From contig JAGDDD010000041.1 in assembly GCA_017958225.1 (NCBI GenBank), forward strand, positions 1 to 53,407: DNA of 53,407 nucleotides, written 5' to 3'. This DNA is from Alphaproteobacteria bacterium. Lineage in GTDB: Bacteria > Pseudomonadota > Alphaproteobacteria > CAAHEQ01 > UBA3637. Below are positions 30,112 to 39,028 of this stretch, one piece after another. The position numbers and the translations under genes are program-made. Position 1 is the first letter of the stretch. The number at the start of each line of letters is the position of its first letter. Under the pieces are notes generated by a model. It worked only from the letters and a program-made list of their open reading frames with translations. It did not search any database and was not told where the DNA came from.

Positions 30112-31204
30112 ACAAAAAGTGGACGATGTCACCGTCTTGCATTAGATAGCTTTTGCCTTCTGTGCGTAGTTTGCCTTGTTCGCGAGCGCCCGCTTCACCA
30201 CCGGCAGCAACATAATCGTTATAGGACACGACCTCTGCCCGAATAAAGCCTTTTTCAAAGTCTGTATGAATCACCCCTGCGGCAGCCGGTGCCAAAGTGC
30301 CACGTTTAATGGTCCATGCATGTGATTCTTTCGGGCCGCTGGTGAAATAGGTAATCAGGTCCAACAGTTTGTAGCCGGCTTTGATGACTTGATTGAGGCC
30401 GGTTTCTTTTAAGCCTAGGGCGCTCAAGAAGTCTTGTTTTTCTTTTTCGTCGGATAGTTGGCTGATTTCCGCTTCAATTTCGGCAGAAATAACGACCGCG
30501 GTCAGATTTTCTTTGCGCGCCCGTTCCATCACCTTTTCCGAATAGGCGTTACCGGTCGCGGCCGACGCTTCATCTACATTACAGACATACACAATCGGTT
30601 TGGCGGTCAGTAAGCACAGACTTTTAAACAGTTTTTCCTGTTCCGGATCGTCCGGTTGTGCTGTGCGCGCCAGTTTCCCGTCTTGTAAGGCCTTTAAGGC
30701 TGTTTGCATAACGGGGAGCAGGGCTTTGGATTCTTTGTCGCCGGCTTGTGCTTTCTTTTGAACGCCCACCAGTCGTTTTTCCAAGCTCTCCATATCGGCC
30801 AACATCAACTCTGTTTCAATGATTTCAGCGTCGCGTACCGGGTCAATCGAGCTTTCCACATGGGTAATGTTACTATCCTCAAAACAGCGCAAGACATGGA
30901 TAATGGCATCGACTTCGCGAATATTGGCTAAAAATTGGTTGCCCAGGCCTTCGCCTTTGGATGCTCCGCGCACCAGGCCGGCAATATCCACGAACTCAAG
31001 TTGCGTCGGGATGATTTTTACTGCGTTGTCAATTTTTTGCAGCACATCCAAGCGTTCGTCGGGAACGGCAATACGGCCGATATTGGGCTCAATTGTGCAG
31101 AACGGATAGTTGGCTGCTTGCGCCGCAACTGTAGAAGTTAAAGCATTAAACAAGGTGGATTTACCCACATTGGGCAACCCGACAATTCCACAATTAAATC
31201 CCAT
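30101..31204 (-). CDS. ychF: Ribosome-binding ATPase YchF
   Basis: [37 protein letters not shown]. Confidence 0.97.
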   Translation of the reverse strand: MGFNCGIVGLPNVGKSTLFNALTSTVAAQAANYPFCTIEPNIGRIAVPDERLDVLQKIDNAVKIIPTQLEFVDIAGLVRGASKGEGLGNQFLANIREVDAIIHVLRCFEDSNITHVESSIDPVRDAEIIETELMLADMESLEKRLVGVQKKAQAGDKESKALLPVMQTALKALQDGKLARTAQPDDPEQEKLFKSLCLLTAKPIVYVCNVDEASAATGNAYSEKVMERARKENLTAVVISAEIEAEISQLSDEKEKQDFLSALGLKETGLNQVIKAGYKLLDLITYFTSGPKESHAWTIKRGTLAPAAAGVIHTDFEKGFIRAEVVSYNDYVAAGGEAGAREQGKLRTEGKSYLMQDGDIVHFLFNL

Positions 31205-31763
31205 AGTTTTCTCTTTTCAACAGCATATGTGCGTCTTGCGGCTTTTGTAAGATTTCGGCAAAATGTTCGGCAATATACGCGGTCATTTTTTCCAAATCTT
31301 GTAATTCGTTGCGTGTAAAGTTAGACAAGACATAGTCGGCGACATCATATTCGGGGGCCGGATGGCCTATGCCAAAACGAAGACGCCAATAGGTATTGCC
31401 AATGGCCGAATCGATGCTCTTTAATCCGTTATGTCCAGCGGATCCGCCGCCTTGTTTGATTTTGATGGTGCCAAAGGGCAGGTCCAGATCGTCATGCAGG
31501 ACAAAGACATCTTCGGGTTTGATTTTATAGAAATGCGCGGCCTGTCCCACAGCTTGTCCCGACAGATTCATAAAAGTTGTGGGTTTTAAAATAAGGGCTT
31601 GTTCGTCGCCAATGGTGGCCGTTGTGACAAGGCCTTGAAACTTTTTTTGCTCCGATCCAACGCCATAGCGGCGAATCAGTTGATCCGCCGCTATAAAACC
31701 CGCATTGTGTCGGTTATGGGTGTATTCTGTGCCTATGTTGCCAAGGCCCACAATCAACCGCAT
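31194..31763 (-). CDS. pth: Peptidyl-tRNA hydrolase
   Basis: GLGN, RHNAG, FMNLSG, HDDLD, GHNGLKS. Confidence 0.97.
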   Translation of the reverse strand: MRLIVGLGNIGTEYTHNRHNAGFIAADQLIRRYGVGSEQKKFQGLVTTATIGDEQALILKPTTFMNLSGQAVGQAAHFYKIKPEDVFVLHDDLDLPFGTIKIKQGGGSAGHNGLKSIDSAIGNTYWRLRFGIGHPAPEYDVADYVLSNFTRNELQDLEKMTAYIAEHFAEILQKPQDAHMLLKRENYGI

Positions 31764-31766
31764 AAG

Positions 31767-32447
31767 TTATTTTCCTTCTGCTTTATTGGTATCGGCCGCA
31801 GCAGCAGGTGCCTCGGCTTTGGCTTCGCCACCTTCAGCGGTTTCTGCCGCAGGCGCTTCAGCAACCGGTGTTTCTTCTTCAACAATGGTTGTCTCTGTGA
31901 TGGTCAATAAAGTCAATTCATCATTGGTGGTCAATGTGACTTTTTCAGGCAACACAATATCTTTTGTCGTTAAAGCATCGCCAATATTCAATGCTGACAC
32001 ATCCAAAGTGAAACTTTCCGGAATGGCATCCGGTGAGCAGCTGACCAACAAAGAACGGTGGACCAGGTTGATGGTGCCGCCTTCGCGTAAGCCCGGGCAA
32101 GTTTCTTCGCCAACGATGTGCAAAGGAATCTCCATTTCCAGTTTCGCATTTTTGGAAATGCGTAAGAAATCTGCATGTAAGGGCATATCAGACACAGGGT
32201 GCAATTGAACATCTTGGCAAATGGTTCTTGTTTTTTCGCCATCAACGTCAATTTCAAATTGGTGTGTCCAAAATCCCGCTTTCGCAAGCTCGGCCTTTAA
32301 TGCTTTTTCTGTAATTGTAATAAGGACCGGAGCTTTCTTGTCGCCATAAATAACGGCAGGAATTGTTCCTGCTTTGCGCAGTGCTCTAGAGGCCCCCTTA
32401 CCAGCTTTTTCACGCTTTTGAGCGTTCAGTTGTATAATTTTTGCCAT
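31767..32447 (-). CDS. rplY: 50S ribosomal protein bL25/Ctc
   Basis: GKGASRALR, PAVIYG, QLHPV...HADF, plus C-terminal Ctc domain. Confidence 0.95.
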   Translation of the reverse strand: MAKIIQLNAQKREKAGKGASRALRKAGTIPAVIYGDKKAPVLITITEKALKAELAKAGFWTHQFEIDVDGEKTRTICQDVQLHPVSDMPLHADFLRISKNAKLEMEIPLHIVGEETCPGLREGGTINLVHRSLLVSCSPDAIPESFTLDVSALNIGDALTTKDIVLPEKVTLTTNDELTLLTITETTIVEEETPVAEAPAAETAEGGEAKAEAPAAAADTNKAEGK

Positions 32448-32476
32448 AATAATTTCCTTTTTTGTTATTGTTGCAA

Positions 32477-32509
32477 AATCCTTATTCCTCCAGGGGTGAT
32501 ATAAGGTTT
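32477..32509 (-). promoter_or_regulatory. Candidate rplY leader hairpin
   Basis: CCTTAT/ATAAGG stem enclosing CACCCCTGGAGG in an AT-rich 5' region. Confidence 0.45.
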
Positions 32510-32593
32510 CTTATAAATACCCGAAAAAGGAAGAAAATGCAAGTCTTTTTTATTATTTTTTCAAAAAATAAAGCAAATAGCCCGCAAAGTGCG

Positions 32594-33139
32594 TTAGAAC
32601 AGCCATCTCAATTTAAGCATTAAGGTGTGTGCATAATACTTTAATGTCTTGCCTTGGTGTTCGACGGCACGATTCGCTTGACTGTATCTGTATTCAACAT
32701 CGGCAACAAGCGGCAAGGTAAAGATGTCAGCTTCAATGCCCAAGATTCCTTGATACATCATGCCCATTTCCTGGTTCAAACGCATAATACCCAAGCCCAA
32801 GCCGGCATACGGTTCAAGCAACAGCAACGGAACGGGGATTCGCACATAACCGTTGGCCATCAAGGCATCCATATTCATATTGCCGATTTTAGCTTGCAAG
32901 TCGGCATGGTTATGGACATATTCCGCTTCCAGACGGACCAAATCTAACATAGGCAATTGGTAGCCGGCGGCCAGAGAATACAACATCGAATCGTCAATGT
33001 CGGCACGAATGCCGGCGCGGTTGGCCGATCCCGTGTTGTGGGTATAGCCCACGCCCGCAGAAACATAATATTCAGCCTTCGCTGCGCCGGTTTGACACAA
33101 CATCAAGGCCGCCAATAATAGTGTGATAATCTTACGCAT
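32594..33139 (-). CDS. Small outer-membrane beta-barrel protein
   Basis: Signal peptide, RLEAEY, PYAGLGLG, EYRY, C-terminal F. Confidence 0.85.
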   Translation of the reverse strand: MRKIITLLLAALMLCQTGAAKAEYYVSAGVGYTHNTGSANRAGIRADIDDSMLYSLAAGYQLPMLDLVRLEAEYVHNHADLQAKIGNMNMDALMANGYVRIPVPLLLLEPYAGLGLGIMRLNQEMGMMYQGILGIEADIFTLPLVADVEYRYSQANRAVEHQGKTLKYYAHTLMLKLRWLF

Positions 33140-33280
33140 GATTTAACTCCCTAACATATATTGCTATGGAAAAAAGTATATGCTATTGTAAAAAAATGGC
33201 AAGAGTTATTTTTTTTATAGACATTTTTTATAAAACACCTTAAACTGTTTTTCAATAGATAACAAAAAAGGGGATGAATC

Positions 33281-34393
33281 ATGTTGAAACGTTTGTTGTT
33301 AGTAACCGTTTTTTCCTTCACACTATCATCGATAGCCTGTGCAGATTATGCCAGTGCACTCAGCGCTGTGCGTCAAGGGAACTACTTTGCGGCTGTTCAG
33401 GAATTGGAAGCACCGGTGGCACAAGGCGATGCCAAGGCTCAATATTTGTTGGGTTATTTGACCTTCTACGGACACGGAACGAATCCAAACGATGAAAAGG
33501 CCTTTGAATTGTTCGAAAAGGCGGCAGCACAAGGTCATGCCCGCGCTCGTTCCTTTATGGCTTATATGTATGATGAAGGTCGTGGCGTTGCGCAAGATCG
33601 CAAGCAAGCCTTTGTTTTATATTCCAAATCAGCACAAGAGGGCGATGTCAGCGCCATTATCAATTTGGGCGCTATGTATGCGCAAGGCAAAGTCGTGCCG
33701 CAAGATTATACCAAAGCCTTCCAGTTGTTTAACAGTATCTCATCCGTTCAATCGTCTGTGTTGAAGTTATATTTGGCAACCTTCTATCATTATGGCACAG
33801 GCGTGGCCAAAGATATGAAAAAATCTATTGAATATTATAAGCAGGCGGCCAGTTTGGGCAATGTCGAGGCGCACTATGTGTTGGGTTATTTAGCCAATAC
33901 GCCGGAGGCCAAAGAGGCCGGTGTGACTTCACAATTTGATTTGTATCAGTATGCCGCTTTCCGCGGACATCCTTATGCGCAATTTAACTTAGGAACGATG
34001 TATGCGTCGGGTGCTTTGGGCTCGCCGGATCGTGTGAAAGCGTTTGCTTGGTTCAATCGTGCTGCCGAACAGGGCGTCGAGGCCGCAAAAGAAGCTATTC
34101 GCAAGTTGGAAGAGTCGATGTCTTTGGACGATGTGGCCAAAGCTAAAAACGAAATCTTGGATTTGCAAAAGGTCAATATGGAAACGGTGTCTTCGCCTGT
34201 TCCGCGTGTTGTGGAAGTCGTTACGACCACGACAGACGAGATTTTGGGACAAATCGAGACAGCACCTGTGGTCGGACAGACCAGCTTTATGTCTGGACAA
34301 TCTTCGGCCGGTTCCAGCACAAGCGTGAGCAGCCCTCGTGATACGTCACCAAGCGATGCGCCGCGTCGTCGCAGAGGGCGGAGACGGAGATAA
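33281..34393 (+). CDS. Exported Sel1-repeat protein
   Basis: Signal peptide; repeated AQ..LG.MY..G.GV..D...A...Y..AA..G. Confidence 0.9.
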   Translation: MLKRLLLVTVFSFTLSSIACADYASALSAVRQGNYFAAVQELEAPVAQGDAKAQYLLGYLTFYGHGTNPNDEKAFELFEKAAAQGHARARSFMAYMYDEGRGVAQDRKQAFVLYSKSAQEGDVSAIINLGAMYAQGKVVPQDYTKAFQLFNSISSVQSSVLKLYLATFYHYGTGVAKDMKKSIEYYKQAASLGNVEAHYVLGYLANTPEAKEAGVTSQFDLYQYAAFRGHPYAQFNLGTMYASGALGSPDRVKAFAWFNRAAEQGVEAAKEAIRKLEESMSLDDVAKAKNEILDLQKVNMETVSSPVPRVVEVVTTTTDEILGQIETAPVVGQTSFMSGQSSAGSSTSVSSPRDTSPSDAPRRRRGRRRR

Positions 34394-34396
34394 ACT

Positions 34397-34717
34397 ATGA
34401 AGCATTTTCTGATTACTTTGCGTGACACCTTCTCATTTCATTTTTGGGATGTCGTCGGTATCGGTGTAGCGGTTTATGTTATTCAGCAACGTCCGGACGT
34501 GACGGACCTGTTCAACGCGTTGTTGGAGTGGCCGATCTATTTCTTAATGCTGTTGGCAACAATTTTGGTGCGTGTTGCTCATTGGTTGGTGATGAAGCGG
34601 GCACTGAAGAGCGCGCTGAAGGGTGAGTTTATCGCTCTGGGTAAGGATATCGCGCGCGTCGTTTTGGTGTATTTACTGACAATCAGTACTTACTTCTTTT
34701 ATTTTGTGTTCTTTTAA
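34397..34717 (+). CDS. Hypothetical membrane protein
   Basis: Three hydrophobic stretches; GGAG RBS. Confidence 0.6.
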   Translation: MKHFLITLRDTFSFHFWDVVGIGVAVYVIQQRPDVTDLFNALLEWPIYFLMLLATILVRVAHWLVMKRALKSALKGEFIALGKDIARVVLVYLLTISTYFFYFVFF

Positions 34718-35486
34718 AGGGATGACCTTCTAGTTTCATCTCTGACTTGGGTCGCACGATGATCTGGGTCAGTTGCGGATGGTTTTTCTTGGCTTGGGCG
34801 ATCAGGGAGCCGGGCAGCGTGTCCAAATACTCCCGATAGGCTTTTAAGCCGCCATTATCCGTATAAGCCATTTCTATCTTGACAATCGGCAGTTTTGCCA
34901 GGTCATCCGCTCCGATATGCCCTTGGAGCAAGTCGCTCATCAGGTCATGGATAAAGCGGTCGGACACCGGATACAAAAAGACACGCATTTGCAGTTGCCC
35001 GACTTGTGCGGCATTGACGGTCATGTCTACAATTGCTTTTTGCTTGGTTTTGCTGACAATCAGTTTGCCGTTCATGCGCACCATCGGTTTGCCAATCAAC
35101 AACAGGGAGTGCAAGGGTCGTGCCAACAGGTGCGTAATCGGCTGATACGTCCGAAAGGCTTTCTCGACATCTGGCTGACGTTGTAGGGCGTGGAGCACAT
35201 CCAAATCCATGTTATGCAAAACGACAACCGCTTTGGTGGGGGTCATTTCGGCAACGGTAAGTTTTTCTATACTTAAATGCGGATAGGCATATAACTTGAC
35301 GCCCAACATTTGTCCTGTGGTGGAAAACAATTTATGGGAAGTGTCCGTGTAGGTCAGGTTATGTTCCCATCCGTTTTCCTGCAAGACATGCTCCAGTTGA
35401 TAGCGGGCATAGGTGTTGAGTTGCAGGCTGGCAAACACGATACATACGCAAATAATCAAGCCGCCAAAGACAAATACACTTTTCAT
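34683..35486 (-). CDS. Hypothetical protein (N-terminal membrane anchor)
   Basis: Long ORF translationally coupled to the upstream gene. Confidence 0.7.
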   Translation of the reverse strand: MKSVFVFGGLIICVCIVFASLQLNTYARYQLEHVLQENGWEHNLTYTDTSHKLFSTTGQMLGVKLYAYPHLSIEKLTVAEMTPTKAVVVLHNMDLDVLHALQRQPDVEKAFRTYQPITHLLARPLHSLLLIGKPMVRMNGKLIVSKTKQKAIVDMTVNAAQVGQLQMRVFLYPVSDRFIHDLMSDLLQGHIGADDLAKLPIVKIEMAYTDNGGLKAYREYLDTLPGSLIAQAKKNHPQLTQIIVRPKSEMKLEGHPFKRTQNKRSKY

Positions 35487-36610
35487 CGGGTCTGTCCTTT
35501 CAGTTGCTCGGTTGCAGACTCAAACAGGCGTAAATCTTGGCAATACTCTTGCCGGCAAGGTTTAATTTTCAGCGCGCGCACAGGGGCAGCTTCCTGTTGC
35601 AAGGAAATGCCGGCGCGGCGTTTTTCTTTTTCAGACATGGGCGTGATAACCCCTTTGATTAAAGCCCACCCTGTAGAACGTGCGGATGACAAGGCCATGG
35701 GGAATGGGTAATCTATCCAGGCATTTTGTGTATCCAGTTTTGCGATGTGAGCCACAAACGTGCCTTCCATGGCCTTATCGGTGACTTGCGCCGCTTTCAA
35801 CAGGTGAATAGGAAAATCTATGGCCTGTCCGTTGGCGTAACGCGGTTGGTCATCGGTGCTGACGGCCTCTTCGATAGATTGGGGCAGGGTATTGACCGCA
35901 TGTCGCGTGTCCTCTATCCAGGCACCTTGCGCATTTTTGTTGTAAAAGGCCTGAAAGAAAATATCTTCCTCATAATTTTGCGGATTATCGGAAGCGCTGA
36001 ACACAAAAGAGGAGACATCAGGGCAGACTGTGGCCGCAGAACTTTTCACGATGCTGACAATGTTTTTCAAGGTGGCCGGGTTTTTGAAAAGGTCTTTGTT
36101 TTCTGTCAATAAGAGCATTTGAAAGGGCTGGCACAAGTTAAAATCGGTGTATTTCCCGCCTTTAACCACACTAATCATTTTGCCTAAGAAAAAGATTTTA
36201 AGCGTCGGGTCGCTTTGCAGGAAATAAAACGCTTCCTGATAGTCTTTTCGAGGGCTGTAACGTTTCAGTATTTTGGCCTTTAAGGGCGTTTTGCCAATGT
36301 AATAGCCATCCATGAAATAGCCGGTCAGGCGCTTGATAATCTTGTCGTTGTCGTCCAACACCAACACATCGTGCCACCCGAACTTTAAGTTGTCTGCCGG
36401 CGTAGCCACAATGTGCGTGCCTTGCGGATTTTTCGTCAGTTGGGTCAAATGGTAGGTTTTGTTGTTATCGTATAAGGTGTGCTCATCCAGGCTGGCGGGC
36501 TTGATACGTTCTATCTGGTCTTGTGTTTCAGGCGACCAGTCTTGTATTGTAAAGGCGTGCGCTGTGCCCAGCAGGCAAATATAGACGAAACACCACAGGA
36601 TACGCCGCAT
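35483..36610 (-). CDS. Hypothetical exported protein
   Basis: Signal peptide ending AHA; 375 aa; coupled operon. Confidence 0.75.
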   Translation of the reverse strand: MRRILWCFVYICLLGTAHAFTIQDWSPETQDQIERIKPASLDEHTLYDNNKTYHLTQLTKNPQGTHIVATPADNLKFGWHDVLVLDDNDKIIKRLTGYFMDGYYIGKTPLKAKILKRYSPRKDYQEAFYFLQSDPTLKIFFLGKMISVVKGGKYTDFNLCQPFQMLLLTENKDLFKNPATLKNIVSIVKSSAATVCPDVSSFVFSASDNPQNYEEDIFFQAFYNKNAQGAWIEDTRHAVNTLPQSIEEAVSTDDQPRYANGQAIDFPIHLLKAAQVTDKAMEGTFVAHIAKLDTQNAWIDYPFPMALSSARSTGWALIKGVITPMSEKEKRRAGISLQQEAAPVRALKIKPCRQEYCQDLRLFESATEQLKGQTR

Positions 36611-37080
36611 TATTTAACCTCTTCGTTTGGGTATAGACCCCACAGGTTTTTGCGTTGCACCCAACCTTTTATGCCTTGCACTTGTATCAGACAGAAACTT
36701 TCCGCCTTTGGACAGGACAAAAGATTGACAATGAACTCGCCCTTCAAGACAGCAATCACAGGCGAGGAAAATGATTTCTTTTTATAGACGGAAACCGCCT
36801 GATCCGCTGTTGTCAGCGCTGTTCGGCGTGTGGATAGCATGGTTTTATGCACCCAACCTTGTGTCTCGTCTTTTTCTTTGATTTTATACCACACATCAAA
36901 TTCGTCGATGATTTCAACGGGTAGAGTCGGCTTTGTATAGACCCATTGGATCGGGAAACGTTCTCCGGGGCCTGTTCTTAAATTGATTTGGGTTGCCCGC
37001 AGACTGCCAAAATAAGGCAGTGTGGCTGCATATACCGGTAAGGACAGCCCAACAAACAAAATCCAAGCCCATTTTTTCAT
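36610..37080 (-). CDS. SH3 domain-containing protein
   Basis: INLRTGPG.RFPIQWVY, GWVHKTMLS, GWV...LWG. Confidence 0.9.
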   Translation of the reverse strand: MKKWAWILFVGLSLPVYAATLPYFGSLRATQINLRTGPGERFPIQWVYTKPTLPVEIIDEFDVWYKIKEKDETQGWVHKTMLSTRRTALTTADQAVSVYKKKSFSSPVIAVLKGEFIVNLLSCPKAESFCLIQVQGIKGWVQRKNLWGLYPNEEVK

Positions 37081-37091
37081 TCATCACTCCT

Positions 37092-37514
37092 TTAAGAAGA
37101 TTTTTTGGCGTTAGTTGGCACAGGCACTTCATCCAAAGTTACACGCAGCACGGGCGCAAACACCAATGATGCAATCTCTTGCCCGCGGCGGATCACCAAG
37201 GTACGATCCGTTGTGTTTTGGACAAGTACTTTCAATTCATCGCGTGAGGACGCATCATAGGTGGCCGGCGCATTGAGAACGATAAGGCCGGTGTCTTCAG
37301 ATACGGCGCGTGACGAGCGAATTTGTAACTCGGCCCCCAAGGGGAGTGCGAATATCAAGCCGGTGGGAATTAAAGCGCTTTCGCCGATGCCTAATTTAAC
37401 CGAGGCCGCGCAGGCAGCATAGACTGGTAAGGTGGTGCCTATGCCGTCAGTGTAAGCCGGCAAACGTAACCCAACAGCATGCGGTAAGCGAACGAAAGAG
37501 ATTTTCGGTAACAT
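37092..37514 (-). CDS. dUTPase-like protein, degenerate motifs
   Basis: LPAY, ALIPTGL, QIRSS, VLNAPATYD; lacks motif 5; AAGGAG RBS. Confidence 0.8.
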   Translation of the reverse strand: MLPKISFVRLPHAVGLRLPAYTDGIGTTLPVYAACAASVKLGIGESALIPTGLIFALPLGAELQIRSSRAVSEDTGLIVLNAPATYDASSRDELKVLVQNTTDRTLVIRRGQEIASLVFAPVLRVTLDEVPVPTNAKKSS

Positions 37515-37516
37515 AT

Positions 37517-37939
37517 CTACTCCTTTGTATGACTCCAAAGTTTTTCCAATTCATAAAAAGCGCGGGCTTGCGGGTGGAAAATATGCACAATAATGTCGTT
37601 GAGATCAATGACGATCCACTCGCCCGAACTTTGCCGCCCTTCAAGACGAGGCTTAAAGCCCAGTTTTTTCAACTCTTCTCCGACCTTGATGGCGGTGCTG
37701 ATGACATGGCGGGTCGAAGTGCCGGACGCAATGACTAATGCGTCGGCCAGGGTTGTTTTCCCAATCAACGAGATGGTCAGCACATCCTGCGCCTTGTTGT
37801 CTTCCAATAATTTAACGACCATTTTTGCCAGTTTTTGTGTGTCTTTGGGCAAAGTCGCCTCTTTTTTCACTGGCGCTTTTTTCATAACCGGTTTTTTCTT
37901 GGCCGGGGCCTTTTTTGTTGTCGTAGTTTTTTTAATCAT
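37517..37939 (-). CDS. rsfS: Ribosome silencing factor
   Basis: KAQDV, IASGTSTRHV, WIVID, VHIF...RAFYELEKLW. Confidence 0.95.
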   Translation of the reverse strand: MIKKTTTTKKAPAKKKPVMKKAPVKKEATLPKDTQKLAKMVVKLLEDNKAQDVLTISLIGKTTLADALVIASGTSTRHVISTAIKVGEELKKLGFKPRLEGRQSSGEWIVIDLNDIIVHIFHPQARAFYELEKLWSHTKE

Positions 37940-38934
37940 AGTTCTTCCTTCTTTTCCATCCAGTTATGGACCGCAAAGCGCAACAAGTCCTTGATACCTG
38001 TGCCGGCAACCGCCGAAATGGCAAAGACCGGCTTGCCAAAGCGTTCCAATTTTTTGACCAGTTTTTTTGTGTCGGCTTCGGGCAGGGCATCGCATTTGTT
38101 TAACACAATAATCTCCGGCTTGTTCTCCAACCCTTCGCCGTATATTTCCAACTCTTTGCGTATTGTTTTATAAGAGGCCAACACATCCTCGTCTGTGGCG
38201 GCAATCAAGTGAAAGAGCATAGCACAACGCGACAGATGTTTCAAAAACTTTGTGCCAAGTCCTACGCCTTGCGAAGCGCCTTCAATCAGGCCGGGGATGT
38301 CCGCAAACAACACCTCGCGGTCATCGACATAGGCCACGCCCAAATGCGGATGAAGCGTCGTAAAGGGATAGTTGGCAATCTTGGGACGCGCCTTGGTGGT
38401 GGCGGTCAAAAAGGTTGATTTTCCGGCGTTAGGCAGTCCTATCAAGCCAATATCGGCAATCAGTTTTAAGCGCAACCACACCCACAGTTCCTCGCCTTCT
38501 TCGCCTTTGTCGGCTTGTCGCGGCGCTTGACAGGTGGATGATTTATACGATTCATTACCGCGGCCACCCGCACCGCCATGCGCAATCAGGAAAGTTTGTC
38601 CGGCTTGAGTCAAATCGGCCAGGGACACGGTGCCGCTTTCATCCATGACTTCTGTGCCGACGGGAACGGAAATAACCAGGTCTTCGCCGGCGCCGCCTGT
38701 GCATTGAGAGCCGCCGCCGGGGCGTCCGTTTTCGGCTTTGAAATGTTGCTGATAGCGAAAGTCTATTAAAGTATTTAAGTTGGGAACGGCCTTTAAAATG
38801 ACATTACCGCCATGTCCGCCATTACCTCCGTCAGGCCCGCCAAACTCCAAGAACTTTTCATGGCGAAAAGAGCAGGCCCCGTTACCGCCGTTGCCCGCTT
38901 TGATATAGATTTTCGCCTGATCCAAGAACTTCAT
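37936..38934 (-). CDS. obgE: GTPase ObgE/CgtA
   Basis: GGPDGG, GLPNAGKST, YPFTT, DIPGL, NKCD. Confidence 0.97.
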   Translation of the reverse strand: MKFLDQAKIYIKAGNGGNGACSFRHEKFLEFGGPDGGNGGHGGNVILKAVPNLNTLIDFRYQQHFKAENGRPGGGSQCTGGAGEDLVISVPVGTEVMDESGTVSLADLTQAGQTFLIAHGGAGGRGNESYKSSTCQAPRQADKGEEGEELWVWLRLKLIADIGLIGLPNAGKSTFLTATTKARPKIANYPFTTLHPHLGVAYVDDREVLFADIPGLIEGASQGVGLGTKFLKHLSRCAMLFHLIAATDEDVLASYKTIRKELEIYGEGLENKPEIIVLNKCDALPEADTKKLVKKLERFGKPVFAISAVAGTGIKDLLRFAVHNWMEKKEEL

Positions 38935-38973
38935 AATTTCACCTTGCCCCCAAGTCTAGCCAATTTTTACACA

Positions 38974-38992
38974 AAAAGCAAGGTGTTTTTAT
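38974..38992. repeat. 19-bp direct repeat copy 1 (includes obgE -35 box)
   Basis: AAAAGCAAGGTGTTTTTAT, identical to 40388-40406. Confidence 0.8.
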
Positions 38993-39028
38993 TAGATGAA
39001 AGAGTCTTCTGCCAACAAGCGCTTTTAT

